Assembly (NCBI GenBank): GCA_016844925.1
Contig: JAERTI010000043.1
Location: 66,642-130,641 of the forward strand
Source: Candidatus Uhrbacteria bacterium
GTDB lineage: Bacteria > Patescibacteriota > Patescibacteriia > UBA9934 > GWF2-40-263
Direction of reading: 5' to 3'
Length of the DNA stretch: 64,000 bases
Each line of letters starts with the position of its first letter. The stretch's first letter is position 1. Shown here one piece after another: positions 1 through 10,150 of the stretch. The notes under the pieces were generated by a model that did no database searches, was not told where the DNA came from, and saw only the letters and a program-made list of their open reading frames with translations. A program made the translations under genes and the position numbers.

Positions 1-594
1 GTATCTGTTGCGTGGACAGTGGACGGAGAGGTGAACCCCTCGGAGACGTATGAATATGCTATGGACAAAGAGGCCCGTGGGACACTCTCTTCCATGCAAT
101 TCATGACTCTGGCACCTCATCTTCAGTTTCGTCTTGAGGATGGGACACACTTTTTTCACGTGGCAAGAAAGCGAGAGGATGGCCATAGTGGCATTACTAA
201 TTTTAAGATTAATGTCGATACAACACCTCCAGAGCTTTTCGAGCCGGTCATCGAGACAAAAATTTCGGCATTTGCTAATTTGTACCATACGATATTCTTC
301 CCTACGTGGGATAAGCATTCGGGCATGGACACGTATCAGGTTTATGAGGATGGGAAGCTACTGATAGAGACAAGAGATGACAAATTCGAGCTTCCACATG
401 TTTCCGTTGGAGTACATAAATACGAGATCCGTGCGATTGATCAGGTGGGGAATATACGTGAACAATCTATTGAGTTAACCATTGATAAAAACATAGCTCA
501 TGGGCCTTGGTTGGAGGGTATTTTTACGGCGCTTGCTGGGGTGTTCCTGCAGGGGACATACTTAGCAGCTCGACTTCGATTTACATCTCTCTAA
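1..594 (+). CDS. hypothetical protein, 5' truncated by window edge, C-terminal hydrophobic segment
   Basis: open frame runs from position 1 with no upstream stop; no recognisable family. Confidence 0.35.
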   Translation, partial: VSVAWTVDGEVNPSETYEYAMDKEARGTLSSMQFMTLAPHLQFRLEDGTHFFHVARKREDGHSGITNFKINVDTTPPELFEPVIETKISAFANLYHTIFFPTWDKHSGMDTYQVYEDGKLLIETRDDKFELPHVSVGVHKYEIRAIDQVGNIREQSIELTIDKNIAHGPWLEGIFTALAGVFLQGTYLAARLRFTSL

Positions 595-610
595 TCTTGT
601 GTGACGTCAT

Positions 611-2380
611 ATGACTATTCGTTGGTTTACCCTTCTTCCTTCCTTAATCTTTTTTTTCGCGCTTCAGTGTTTCTATCCTAGCGTTGCACACGCTGGTGCC
701 ATTGCATTAAGTCCGTCACAGATCTATCTCACGATTGTTCCAGGAGAGAAGGTGACAGGAGAATTTTATGTACAAAGAGCATTTCCTGGAGAGGATGAAT
801 TGATGGACGTTTCGGTTCGCGGTGAGGATGTTTCCATGGTCTCTCTTGATGGCGGTGAGGAGCTGTTGCTTCCTGTTGGTGAACCAGCGGTTTCCTATCC
901 GTTCTCTATTGAGACAAGTGGACTGGAGATAGGGAACTCTTATCAGTGGTCCATTAGTTTCATCAAGCAAGATACGGAGGTTGCGGGTGTGGGGAGCGAA
1001 GTGTATCTGGGAGTTTCTGGAGCGATTCAATTGAACGTTGTTGATGAGTTGCCCCCCGAGCAGCAGGCGGTTGATTTGTATTCTGAAGATGAACCAGGTG
1101 CTTACGTAACCCTGCAAGACATCGAGCCTTCGTTCAGTGAAGGTGCGGGTTTGTTTGATGGTTTTATCTGGTCCTTTCAAAATGTTAGTGATACCTACGT
1201 AAAGAATGTTCCCTACGTTTATGAACTTGAGCGCGAGGGGCGCGTCGTGATGAGTGGAAGGGGGAAGGTTATTCAGGTGGTTGCACCGGGAGAATCATTG
1301 GAGGTTGATGTTTCGGCTTTTGCACGTAAATCCGGTGAGTACAAGATTACAGTTAGGGTCGGTGACAAGGAGGTCAGTACAGATCAAAGATTCTATTATT
1401 GGGACCTTCACGAATGGCAAATGTCCACGTCTCAACTTGTGTTGATACTGACGGGAATTCTCGTTCTCCTTGCTTTCATGGTTGCAAGGAGGAAAAAGCT
1501 CACGCTCGTCATCCTATTAGCCGTTCTGCTTCTTGCAGCGTTTGGATTCGTTCTTTTTCAGTCATCTCAAACGTTTACGCTGGCTGAGTTGGGGGGCATG
1601 TCCACGGAGAGCGCGCCACTTGCGCTGGTGGTCACACCGGAGGGCGAGAGTATTTTTGTGCGGCTGCAAGATGGTGAGCAGCAAGTGTTCAATGGATCGT
1701 GGAATATCTTTGGTGTAAGCACTGGGCGCGCATACGCGTTTTCTAATGATGTTGAGACTCCAGCGGGGCATCTTGTCGGTTCTGCGGCTGTAGCTTCGTT
1801 CGACCTCACAAGACTTCCTGGAATTGTTGATGCTGTCGAGGAGAATACGTACAGGTCGCACGTGTTGTTTGAGGGAGTTGATGGAGAGACGGAGAAGCGG
1901 TTCGCGTGTGTTGCGGAAATCGTTCATGCATATGCTCCCGACTGCGTTATGTTAGACAGTTTGATTTCTACAGATTTGAGTGACGCCACGTTTGCGTCAG
2001 GAGATAGTCGTCTTGTCCTTTTTCAGGAGGGAGAGTTGACGTGGCAATATGATCTTTGGACAGCGGCCTTAACGCAAGTGAATACGGATCAGGAAGAATT
2101 TTCCGACGAACAGATCAAGGTGGCTAATGTGTCTAGCGACGCTGTTCTGCCTCAGGTGTACCGTGTCTTTAGTTACGAGAATCAATTACATTGGATTCCA
2201 GAAGGCATGCGGGTTGCCGTTTTGTCTGATCGGTTGTTTCTTTTGCAAAAAGAAGAGAATGAAAAAAGACACCTGTATCTAGCTGATATCGATACTGGTG
2301 CCTATGCATTTCTTACAACGGTGCCGTCTGGTGGAGACCTTTATACGTTTCAAAAGGGGAGCTTCATGACGAGTCCGTAG
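611..2380 (+). CDS. hypothetical secreted/membrane-anchored protein
   Basis: N-terminal signal peptide ending AHA, internal TM helix followed by RRKK; no recognisable domain. Confidence 0.5.
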   Translation: MTIRWFTLLPSLIFFFALQCFYPSVAHAGAIALSPSQIYLTIVPGEKVTGEFYVQRAFPGEDELMDVSVRGEDVSMVSLDGGEELLLPVGEPAVSYPFSIETSGLEIGNSYQWSISFIKQDTEVAGVGSEVYLGVSGAIQLNVVDELPPEQQAVDLYSEDEPGAYVTLQDIEPSFSEGAGLFDGFIWSFQNVSDTYVKNVPYVYELEREGRVVMSGRGKVIQVVAPGESLEVDVSAFARKSGEYKITVRVGDKEVSTDQRFYYWDLHEWQMSTSQLVLILTGILVLLAFMVARRKKLTLVILLAVLLLAAFGFVLFQSSQTFTLAELGGMSTESAPLALVVTPEGESIFVRLQDGEQQVFNGSWNIFGVSTGRAYAFSNDVETPAGHLVGSAAVASFDLTRLPGIVDAVEENTYRSHVLFEGVDGETEKRFACVAEIVHAYAPDCVMLDSLISTDLSDATFASGDSRLVLFQEGELTWQYDLWTAALTQVNTDQEEFSDEQIKVANVSSDAVLPQVYRVFSYENQLHWIPEGMRVAVLSDRLFLLQKEENEKRHLYLADIDTGAYAFLTTVPSGGDLYTFQKGSFMTSP

Positions 2381-2862
2381 ATATCCGACCGGTGGAACGC
2401 ACCAGATGCTCTTGAGTCAACGCTCATGGTCCGGTTGTCTCCGACGAGGAAGTAGGCGTGATCAGGAATTTTTGTAAATCGTGTTGGTTCTCCAGTCACA
2501 GACAGGGTGATGACACCTTCATCTAGGTAGGGTTCGTGCAGGAGTGTTTCAGATCCATCAGCTCCTATCAAATAAATGTGGTTGTCGTGAATAGCGAGTT
2601 CTTCTCCAGGGAGTCCTATGACGCGTTTGATGATCACCTCACCAGGATCGAGTCCCTTTGCTTGCACAATGTCTCCTCTTTCTGGGGTTCGAAAAAATAA
2701 CGCCAACTTATTGACGAGGAACATTTCATTGTCCAGGAAGGTGGTTTCCATTGAGCGTCCGTTCACAGCTCCCGGTTCAATGATGATTGTCCTGGTGAAG
2801 AGAAGAACTAAAACGACAAGACCAACCAGCTTAAATGTTCTTTTGATGTAGCGAAGAAACAT
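2350..2862 (-). CDS. lepB: signal peptidase I
   Basis: N-terminal TM anchor, GDNRxxSxDSR box and GLPGE motif typical of the S26 family. Confidence 0.85.
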   Translation of the reverse strand: MFLRYIKRTFKLVGLVVLVLLFTRTIIIEPGAVNGRSMETTFLDNEMFLVNKLALFFRTPERGDIVQAKGLDPGEVIIKRVIGLPGEELAIHDNHIYLIGADGSETLLHEPYLDEGVITLSVTGEPTRFTKIPDHAYFLVGDNRTMSVDSRASGAFHRSDIYGLVMKLPF

Positions 2863-2914
2863 GTGGATGGCTGTAGAGCCTTTGAAAGTAGAACCATGAT
2901 ATCATATTCCCTAT

Positions 2915-3262
2915 ATGGACCTTGATAATTTTTTCTTTGGCCTGCAGTCCGTGAGTCACGGTGCTATCGACTTGGCTAGGCTGATAACCAAGTTCGAGCT
3001 GTTTTGGGGATTCACTCTTGGATTTATTGTCTCAACTCTCGTACATGGATTTTTGATGACAGACAACCCAAGAGATGTTCCGTCCATGGTGTTGCAGGAT
3101 AAGGCAACGAGTTTTCAAAAAATTTACGATCGACAAGAGGGGGATTCTTACAAACAATCATTTCATTCTTATTCACAAAATGTAAATAAGATGAAATTAA
3201 CTTTTGCCCTTGCTGGCCTTCTCGTTGTCCTAGTCTTACTAATTGCTCTTTTGTCATTTTAA
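2915..3262 (+). CDS. hypothetical small membrane protein
   Basis: ORF with C-terminal TM helix; weak start context. Confidence 0.3.
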   Translation: MDLDNFFFGLQSVSHGAIDLARLITKFELFWGFTLGFIVSTLVHGFLMTDNPRDVPSMVLQDKATSFQKIYDRQEGDSYKQSFHSYSQNVNKMKLTFALAGLLVVLVLLIALLSF

Positions 3263-3273
3263 TTTTACGTCTT

Positions 3274-4680
3274 ATGCCTACACGATCAGTTCGATCCTTG
3301 GCCTCAGTGTGCGCGGTAGCATTGTTTGGTGCTCTCCTTTTTTGTTTAGGGATGATCCAGCAAGTTCAAGCTATCGGTCTCTCGCCTCCAACCATTATTA
3401 TTGATTCCATTCTTCGAAATACCTCTCAACAGAGAACAGTGACGATCTCCAGGGCTGCGGGTGAGACGGGGAATATTTACATTCACGTCGAGCCTGATGC
3501 TATAGACGGGACGTTTCTTTCTACAAATGGCGTTGAGGATATAGTGATTTTGGATGGTCAGCCGTCCGTGGACTACACGTTTACGATCAATCCTGGGGAT
3601 GCTGCTAACGGAGATTATGAGCAGAAGTTACGTTTCTTGAAGCAAGCTGGTCCCTCTGGAGCTGAATCAGGTGGTTCTGCCGTTGCTGTGATTACGGGAG
3701 TAACTGCACAGATCCTGGTTACGGTTGGTGGAGTCGAGTCGCTTTCTTACGAGTTGTTTAGCGTGTCAGGTGAACCAACAGAAGTAGGGCAGGAGGTTCC
3801 CGTTTCGTATGTTGTAGATAACACAGGAAACGTCGATTGGCAGCCGGAAAGCATTTTGTTCTCATTCATAGGAACGGCATCTGGTGGAGTGGTTGATACC
3901 TATGAGGCTACAGATGCTGAGGTTGATCTTGTGACAGCAGGCACGTTGAAACAAGAGTTTGATCTAAGGATCCCCGTCGACCTTGCAGAGGGGGAGTACG
4001 GTGTTTCTGCCACGTTCTTTTACGACGGAGTTCAGGTTGGGGTTGTTGAATCCGCAACAACGTTTAGCATATTAAAGGAGGGGACTCTTGCGCAGGCTGG
4101 GGAGTTGGAATCTCTTACGGCGAATAAAGATTCCTATGGTCGCGGAGAGAAGATTAAACTCGATGCGGTTTTCACGAATACGGGTGAGATTGCCGTCGAT
4201 GCTATTTTGATCTCAAATGTGTATCTTGATGGGGAATTCGTTGATCTGATCCGAGGCCAGGAGTTTGACGTGAATACAAGTGAGTCGTTGGTCATGACAG
4301 AGATTCTGGAATTTGATGATGCGGGTGAGTATACCATCGAGGCCTATGTTGAATTCGGAAACAAGAAGACACGACCAGAAGAGGTTTCATTTACGGTAAC
4401 AGATGAAATTGTGTTGGGTGACGATGGGGCTGCTGCTGCCGTTGGAGCTCTTGGATCAGCCTTGAATACCTATATTGGATTGGGTGTACTAATCCTCCTC
4501 ATTTTGATCATTGTCATTCTTCTTAAGAGGAAAAAGAGAAAAGATATTGAGAAACAGCGTATTTTGATGGCGCAACAGGCACAAAGAGCCTCTGTTGCTC
4601 AGCCGGCTGCCGCGCAACCTCCGGCACAGCCACCAACGCCACCGGCACCACCGACGCCTCCAGCGCAACCTCCGGCGTAA
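3274..4680 (+). CDS. hypothetical secreted protein with C-terminal TM anchor and Pro/Ala-rich tail
   Basis: signal peptide, C-terminal TM followed by KRKKRK and AQPPA repeats. Confidence 0.5.
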   Translation: MPTRSVRSLASVCAVALFGALLFCLGMIQQVQAIGLSPPTIIIDSILRNTSQQRTVTISRAAGETGNIYIHVEPDAIDGTFLSTNGVEDIVILDGQPSVDYTFTINPGDAANGDYEQKLRFLKQAGPSGAESGGSAVAVITGVTAQILVTVGGVESLSYELFSVSGEPTEVGQEVPVSYVVDNTGNVDWQPESILFSFIGTASGGVVDTYEATDAEVDLVTAGTLKQEFDLRIPVDLAEGEYGVSATFFYDGVQVGVVESATTFSILKEGTLAQAGELESLTANKDSYGRGEKIKLDAVFTNTGEIAVDAILISNVYLDGEFVDLIRGQEFDVNTSESLVMTEILEFDDAGEYTIEAYVEFGNKKTRPEEVSFTVTDEIVLGDDGAAAAVGALGSALNTYIGLGVLILLILIIVILLKRKKRKDIEKQRILMAQQAQRASVAQPAAAQPPAQPPTPPAPPTPPAQPPA

Positions 4681-4805
4681 TTGATGTGGATAATAATTGT
4701 TCTCAAGGGGTCAAAAAACTGCTATAATTAGAGCCACTAAGTCAGAATTATTCACATCAGATGTGTTTAATTCAATTAATTCAGCACATTTAAATAAACA
4801 TATAT

Positions 4806-5768
4806 ATGCCTGAATCAAATTCTTCCAGTTCCTTGCACTGGATTCTCGGAGCCGCTTTGCTCCTCATTGGGCTGTTCGTTGTTGTCGCACTCGTGAGTGT
4901 AAACTCACAGGCTGACACCGTGAACACTCAGACCGACGTTACGAACAACGCTCCAACCGTGGAGGACGTGTTCATTAACGATGCTGCATTTACCTTCGCA
5001 GACTCTTACTCCGGAGGAACCATTAACACGCTTGTTGCTGGTGGTCAGAAGACCATCTACGTGAATGGAAACGCGCGTGACACCAACGGACGAGGGGACA
5101 TTAAGGGCATCTCTACCGTATTATATCGAACGGCTGTAGGTGACGGATGTTCACCTGACTCCAACGACTGTTACGGTGTTGCTAGCTGTGGTACTCAGAA
5201 TGACACAGAGGGTGATCTCGAGGTTCTCGAGTACTCTTGCCCAATCAACCTTGACTACTGGGCAGACTCTACCAGTGCCGGTGGTACAGATGCTGGTGGT
5301 AACTGGACCGTAAAAGTAAGTGTTGAGGATAATGGTGGTGAGCATGGAACAGACTCCTCTCTCACAAAGGAGATGCAGACCCTCTTGGCTCTGAACATTC
5401 CTACTTCCATCAACTACGGAACCCTCACAAAGGGACAGAAGACAACTTCTTCTAACAACCAGACTCAGACCATGACTCAGCAGGGGAACGACCAGGCTGA
5501 CGTAGAGGTTTCATCTGCTTCTGACATGACTTGTACCAACACTGGTACCATTCCTGTAGCTAACCAGGAGTGGAGCCTTACAGATGAGGACCACTCACAC
5601 GGTTCTATGACAGACCTCTCAGGTTCTGCTACGGACACCAACTTGGCTGTTGGCTACAAGACAGCAGGTGACGTTACTGTAGACCTCTACTGGAACATCG
5701 AGCTTCCAGCACAGGACATTTCCGGTACCTGCACAGGTACAACAACCGTTACAGCAATCGCTGCTTAA
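4806..5768 (+). CDS. secreted Cys-containing protein, paralog 1 of a duplicated pair
   Basis: N-terminal TM/signal; shares motifs with 6070..7029 (NAPTV..., CSPDSNDCYGVASCG, ALNIP..., LYWNIELP...). Confidence 0.55.
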   Translation: MPESNSSSSLHWILGAALLLIGLFVVVALVSVNSQADTVNTQTDVTNNAPTVEDVFINDAAFTFADSYSGGTINTLVAGGQKTIYVNGNARDTNGRGDIKGISTVLYRTAVGDGCSPDSNDCYGVASCGTQNDTEGDLEVLEYSCPINLDYWADSTSAGGTDAGGNWTVKVSVEDNGGEHGTDSSLTKEMQTLLALNIPTSINYGTLTKGQKTTSSNNQTQTMTQQGNDQADVEVSSASDMTCTNTGTIPVANQEWSLTDEDHSHGSMTDLSGSATDTNLAVGYKTAGDVTVDLYWNIELPAQDISGTCTGTTTVTAIAA

Positions 5769-5790
5769 TTACTTAGGAGGAACGTATCTT

Positions 5791-6021
5791 ATGAATACAA
5801 AAGCATTAGCCGTACTCGGAGTAGTCGTGGCGTTGCTTATGGGGTGGCTCCTCGTATCGATGAGCGCACCACAGCTTGACACCTCAGATGGAACCCGTGA
5901 TGTAGATACAGAAGCTGCAGCTCCATCACCAGAAGGTGTAACTGAAGGCGATTCACTTGTTGAGACATCTGTCATCGTCGGTGATGACAACGTCGAAACA
6001 TCCGTAAAGGTAGCTGAATAA
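5791..6021 (+). CDS. small membrane protein
   Basis: AGGAGG RBS 8 nt upstream, one TM helix, acidic tail. Confidence 0.4.
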   Translation: MNTKALAVLGVVVALLMGWLLVSMSAPQLDTSDGTRDVDTEAAAPSPEGVTEGDSLVETSVIVGDDNVETSVKVAE

Positions 6022-6066
6022 CCCATCAGCATAAAAACATCCCCGGTTGGGGATGTTTTTATTTTT
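6017..6066 (+). terminator. rho-independent terminator
   Basis: perfect hairpin aaaaacatcccc/ggggatgttttt followed by a T-run. Confidence 0.65.
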
Positions 6067-6069
6067 AGG

Positions 6070-7029
6070 ATGAGGCATAATGTGAAAAATTATTGTATGT
6101 CATATTCATCCCTAAGTTCATTGCGTTATTGGTCGGCTGCCTGTATTGCCCTAGCTGTTCTATTTTTTACTCATCAGGTTGTCGTAACCGCACAATCAAA
6201 CCAAGCACCTACTGTTCAGTCTGTTTATATTAGCTCCACGACGGGGGCAAAAACTGATGCTTATCCATCAGGCACGATTGATAATCTTAGTCCTGGTTCC
6301 ACGTTAAACATTCATGTTAATGGTGAAGTTGAAGATCTAGATGGCCGAGATGACATCAGCTTTGTAAGTGTCGTATTTAGGCGTTCAGGTGCATCCGGTG
6401 GGAATAGTTGTACGGCCGATAACAATGATTGCTACCGTCTTGCCTCCTGTAGTCTGTCTAACAACGAAGACTCGAATCAGAAGGATTATAACTGCATGCT
6501 ATCGATTGCTTATTATGCAGATTCAACCGTGGCTACAACAGGACGGTTTCCTGACGATAACTGGGTCACAGAAGTGTTTGTAGAAGACCTTCAGGCGGCG
6601 TCAGGTAGTGACACTTCCGTGACAAAGGAGATGGGTGAAATTTTGTCATTGAATATTGGTAGCTCATTAGATTTTGGAAGCATGGATATGGGTGATACAT
6701 CTACTGCTCTAACAAATGCAGAGCAGACTATTACTCAAAATGGAAATGATGTCGCCGATGTAGAAGTGAATGGATTGGGTTCAATGACATGTGATTTTGG
6801 CTCCATCCCCGTTGCGAATCATCAGTGGGCTCTGACCGATGTTGCCTATGACGATGTTGCTTCCACGCCATTGTCTGCAATTTCTACAGATACAGATTTA
6901 GCTGTGTCCTATCGAGATGATGATGCGACGGAGATGGCGAAAACACTTTATTGGAATTTGGAAATCCCATCGATCGATATTGCTGGGTCGTGCACAGGAT
7001 CAATCGTCGTTAATGCCATAGCGAGTTAA
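6070..7029 (+). CDS. secreted Cys-containing protein, paralog 2
   Basis: signal peptide; motifs conserved with 4806..5768. Confidence 0.55.
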   Translation: MRHNVKNYCMSYSSLSSLRYWSAACIALAVLFFTHQVVVTAQSNQAPTVQSVYISSTTGAKTDAYPSGTIDNLSPGSTLNIHVNGEVEDLDGRDDISFVSVVFRRSGASGGNSCTADNNDCYRLASCSLSNNEDSNQKDYNCMLSIAYYADSTVATTGRFPDDNWVTEVFVEDLQAASGSDTSVTKEMGEILSLNIGSSLDFGSMDMGDTSTALTNAEQTITQNGNDVADVEVNGLGSMTCDFGSIPVANHQWALTDVAYDDVASTPLSAISTDTDLAVSYRDDDATEMAKTLYWNLEIPSIDIAGSCTGSIVVNAIAS

Positions 7030-7086
7030 CTCGCTATGGCATTAAGCTGCTTAGGATCAACTTTTTTGTTATAATGAAGATAGCTT

Positions 7087-7941
7087 ATGGGGGATATGCT
7101 CTTCATTGACCAGACACTTTTTGATGTCTACTTGGTACCCTTACTTTTAGTGGGGTTATTTTTAGTTGGGCTATCCATGATCTTCATGTATCAGGCTGCG
7201 AAAGATCAAAAAGGCGATTTAGGAAAAGGGAAAGTAGATGATTTCAAAAAGGATTTTATCTCCGTGGCATCACATCAGCTGCGAGCGCCCCTTGCTTCTT
7301 TAAAGTGGTACGGTGAGTTGTTGGAAAATGAGGAGTCGGGAAAGTTAAACAAAAAGCAAAAAGAATTTGTTCGCAGGATGAATGTCTCAACGGAGCGTAT
7401 GCATCATCTTATTGATGATTTTCTGAATGCGTCACGTATTGAAGAGGGACAAATGAAAAATGAGCCAAGGCGTTTCTACACACTTCAAATGCTCAAAGGG
7501 ATTGTCGATAGCAATCGTCACACCATTAAGGAGAAGCAACTTCGTGTTTCCGTAAAGAATGAGGCTCGCACAAAGATGATGTTTCAGGATCCTGAATTGG
7601 TGCGTGAGCTGTTTGCAAATGTTATTTCCAATGCCGTTAAATACACAAAAGATAAGGGGAGAGTAAAGATTACGATCGCTGATGAGGGTCCGATGGTTCT
7701 CGTTCGGGTAACTGATACGGGTATGGGTATTCCAGAAGACGAACATGATCAGGTGTTTTCAAAGTTCTTCCGAGCGCGTAATATTGTGGAAGCTGGTTAT
7801 AAGGGGACAGGCCTTGGGCTGTATGCAGCAAAAGAAATTGCAAAGCACTTAGGTGGGGACATCGTCTTTGTCTCTGTTCCAGATCAAGGCTCAACGTTCA
7901 CTATTAAGCTACCGAGAACAGGTAAGAAACAACGTAAGTAG
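7087..7941 (+). CDS. sensor histidine kinase
   Basis: TM helix, H-box SHQLRAPL, N/G1/G2 boxes (NAVKYT, DTGMGIP, GTGLGL). Confidence 0.8.
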   Translation: MGDMLFIDQTLFDVYLVPLLLVGLFLVGLSMIFMYQAAKDQKGDLGKGKVDDFKKDFISVASHQLRAPLASLKWYGELLENEESGKLNKKQKEFVRRMNVSTERMHHLIDDFLNASRIEEGQMKNEPRRFYTLQMLKGIVDSNRHTIKEKQLRVSVKNEARTKMMFQDPELVRELFANVISNAVKYTKDKGRVKITIADEGPMVLVRVTDTGMGIPEDEHDQVFSKFFRARNIVEAGYKGTGLGLYAAKEIAKHLGGDIVFVSVPDQGSTFTIKLPRTGKKQRK

Positions 7942-7946
7942 ATCGT

Positions 7947-8324
7947 ATGTCAAAGAAGCACCACATCCTGATTGTTGAAGACGAGGTTTTTCTCGCCGAT
8001 GCGTACAAAGAGGCACTTGCAGGGAAGGGTTATGAGGTGAGTGATGTTCGTAATGGTTTGGAGGCGTTGAAGTGGTTAAAAAAAGAAAAGGCAGATCTTA
8101 TCCTACTCGATCTAATCATGCCGAAGATGACAGGGTTTGAGTTTCTTGAGGAGTTGAAGAGATTAGAACATCATGCGCATGTCCCTGTTATTGTTCTTAC
8201 AAATCTCGGGCAGGAAAAAGACCGAGAGGTGTGCGACAGTTTTGGAAGATGTCATTACTTGATAAAAACAGAGGTCTCATTAGATGAGATTCTGAAAGAG
8301 ATTGGAAAGACCTTCTCGAAATAA
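7947..8324 (+). CDS. single-domain response regulator (CheY-like receiver)
   Basis: ILIVEDE..., DLILLDLIMP, VIVLTN receiver motifs; no output domain. Confidence 0.8.
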   Translation: MSKKHHILIVEDEVFLADAYKEALAGKGYEVSDVRNGLEALKWLKKEKADLILLDLIMPKMTGFEFLEELKRLEHHAHVPVIVLTNLGQEKDREVCDSFGRCHYLIKTEVSLDEILKEIGKTFSK

Positions 8325-8325
8325 A

Positions 8326-8366
8326 AACAAACACCCTCATGGCGAGGGTGTTTTTGATGATGGCAG
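8326..8366 (+). terminator. rho-independent terminator
   Basis: hairpin acaccctc...gagggtgt followed by TTTTT. Confidence 0.6.
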
Positions 8367-8427
8367 TTGTTTGTGTTGATCTGTGCATTTTTTTGACCCT
8401 CCTTCCATGCTAAACTTGTTCTAATCT

Positions 8428-10119
8428 ATGCCTACAACACAGGCACAATTAAAAGCACTTCTCGTGGAGGCCCATGTTTTAGATGGGGAAGCGTTTGATG
8501 AACTTGCACTACGTGCGAAGGAGGAGGGGGTGGCGATCTCAGATTTGCTGACGGACCTCGGTTTGGTGACGGACGAACAGCTTGGGCAATTACTTGCTCA
8601 TGAGTACGCCGTGAGATTTGTGCGTCTGGGTCAGGAGCGTATCAGTGATGAGATCTTGTCGCTAATCCCAGAGTCGTTTGCTCGCGCGCAGCTGTTGATT
8701 CCCGTGAGTCAGACGGCGTCACATGTTGTTATTGCTACGGCTCAGCCCGACGATGTCATCATGCGGTCGCTGTTGGAAAAGTACTTGCGCACGCAGGTGG
8801 TGTTCGCCTACGCAACACCAAGGGATTTACAAAACAATCTCTTCCTTTTTCGCCGAGATCCACGAGAAGAATTTGAGCGAATTGTCGCCATGAAAGAACA
8901 GGGGGGTGTTGAGGCTGCGGGGGCCATCATTGAGTTGGTTGATATAATGATGGACTCTGCCTATCAGGCTGGCTCTTCTGATATCCATGTTGAACCTGAA
9001 GACGATTACACGGTGGTCCGTTATCGCACCGACGGTGTCTTGCATGACATCGCCAGGCTCCCACTAAGCGTCCATCAGAGCATCATCACGCGTTTAAAGG
9101 TATTGGGACGTTTAGCTACGGATGAGCATCGAACCGCGCAGGATGGAAAGATTACGCACAAAGGACCATGGGGAGATGAAGTGGAGATTCGATTGTCGAT
9201 TGTGCCCACCACACACGATGAGAAGGCTGTCATGCGACTACTCTCAGACAAGGCAAGGCGTTTCCACTTAACGGACTTAGGTCTTTCAAAAGAAGATTTT
9301 GCACAGTTCGAGGAAGGAATTGAACGGCCATGGGGCTTGATTCTCGTCACAGGACCGACAGGATCAGGAAAAACAACCTCGCTTTATGCTGCGCTGAAGG
9401 TGTTAAACAAGCGAGAGGTAAACATCACGACCATTGAAGATCCTGTTGAGTACGATATCGAGGGAGTGAATCAGATACAGGTGAATGAAAAGACGGGCCT
9501 GACGTTTGCTAAGGGGCTGCGGTCAATCGTTCGCCAAGACCCCGATGTCATCATGGTGGGTGAGATTCGTGATAAAGAAGCTGCGGGTATCGCTGTGAAC
9601 GCGGCCATGACCGGGCATATTGTTCTCTCTACATTACACACCAACGATGCGGCAACAGCATTTCCAAGATTAGTCGATATGGATGTGGAGGACTTCCTCA
9701 TCGCTTCAACGGTTAATATGGTTATTGCACAGCGACTTGTGCGTAGGGTGTGCATGAGGTGCATTCTTAGCTATGCCATGACCAGCACAGAGAAAAAGAT
9801 GATCGAGGGGAATTCAATCATCCAGAAGTACTTAAAACAGATTACAGGCAAGGCGGATCTTACAAAGGTAAGGTTGTTTAAAGGAAAGGGGTGTCCTGTG
9901 TGTCACTATAGTGGATATGCAGGTCGTGTCGGAGTGTTTGAGGTGCTAGAAATGTCCGATGCCGTTCGAGAGGCTGTTATGGCTCGGAAAAATGCGGACG
10001 AGATTCATGAAATTGCTTTGGGTGAGGGTATGACCACGATGATGCATGATGGCCTGCGTAAGGTGGTAGAAGGGGTGACGACCCTTGAGGAGGTATTACG
10101 CGTCATTATGGAGAAATAA
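8428..10119 (+). CDS. pilB: type IV pilus assembly ATPase (GspE/PilB family)
   Basis: Walker A GPTGSGKTT, Asp/His boxes, C-terminal CxxC...CxxC, N-terminal GspII_E_N-like region, 563 aa. Confidence 0.85.
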   Translation: MPTTQAQLKALLVEAHVLDGEAFDELALRAKEEGVAISDLLTDLGLVTDEQLGQLLAHEYAVRFVRLGQERISDEILSLIPESFARAQLLIPVSQTASHVVIATAQPDDVIMRSLLEKYLRTQVVFAYATPRDLQNNLFLFRRDPREEFERIVAMKEQGGVEAAGAIIELVDIMMDSAYQAGSSDIHVEPEDDYTVVRYRTDGVLHDIARLPLSVHQSIITRLKVLGRLATDEHRTAQDGKITHKGPWGDEVEIRLSIVPTTHDEKAVMRLLSDKARRFHLTDLGLSKEDFAQFEEGIERPWGLILVTGPTGSGKTTSLYAALKVLNKREVNITTIEDPVEYDIEGVNQIQVNEKTGLTFAKGLRSIVRQDPDVIMVGEIRDKEAAGIAVNAAMTGHIVLSTLHTNDAATAFPRLVDMDVEDFLIASTVNMVIAQRLVRRVCMRCILSYAMTSTEKKMIEGNSIIQKYLKQITGKADLTKVRLFKGKGCPVCHYSGYAGRVGVFEVLEMSDAVREAVMARKNADEIHEIALGEGMTTMMHDGLRKVVEGVTTLEEVLRVIMEK

Positions 10120-10150
10120 CAACTTAAGTACGACGAAACATCATGGTGCT

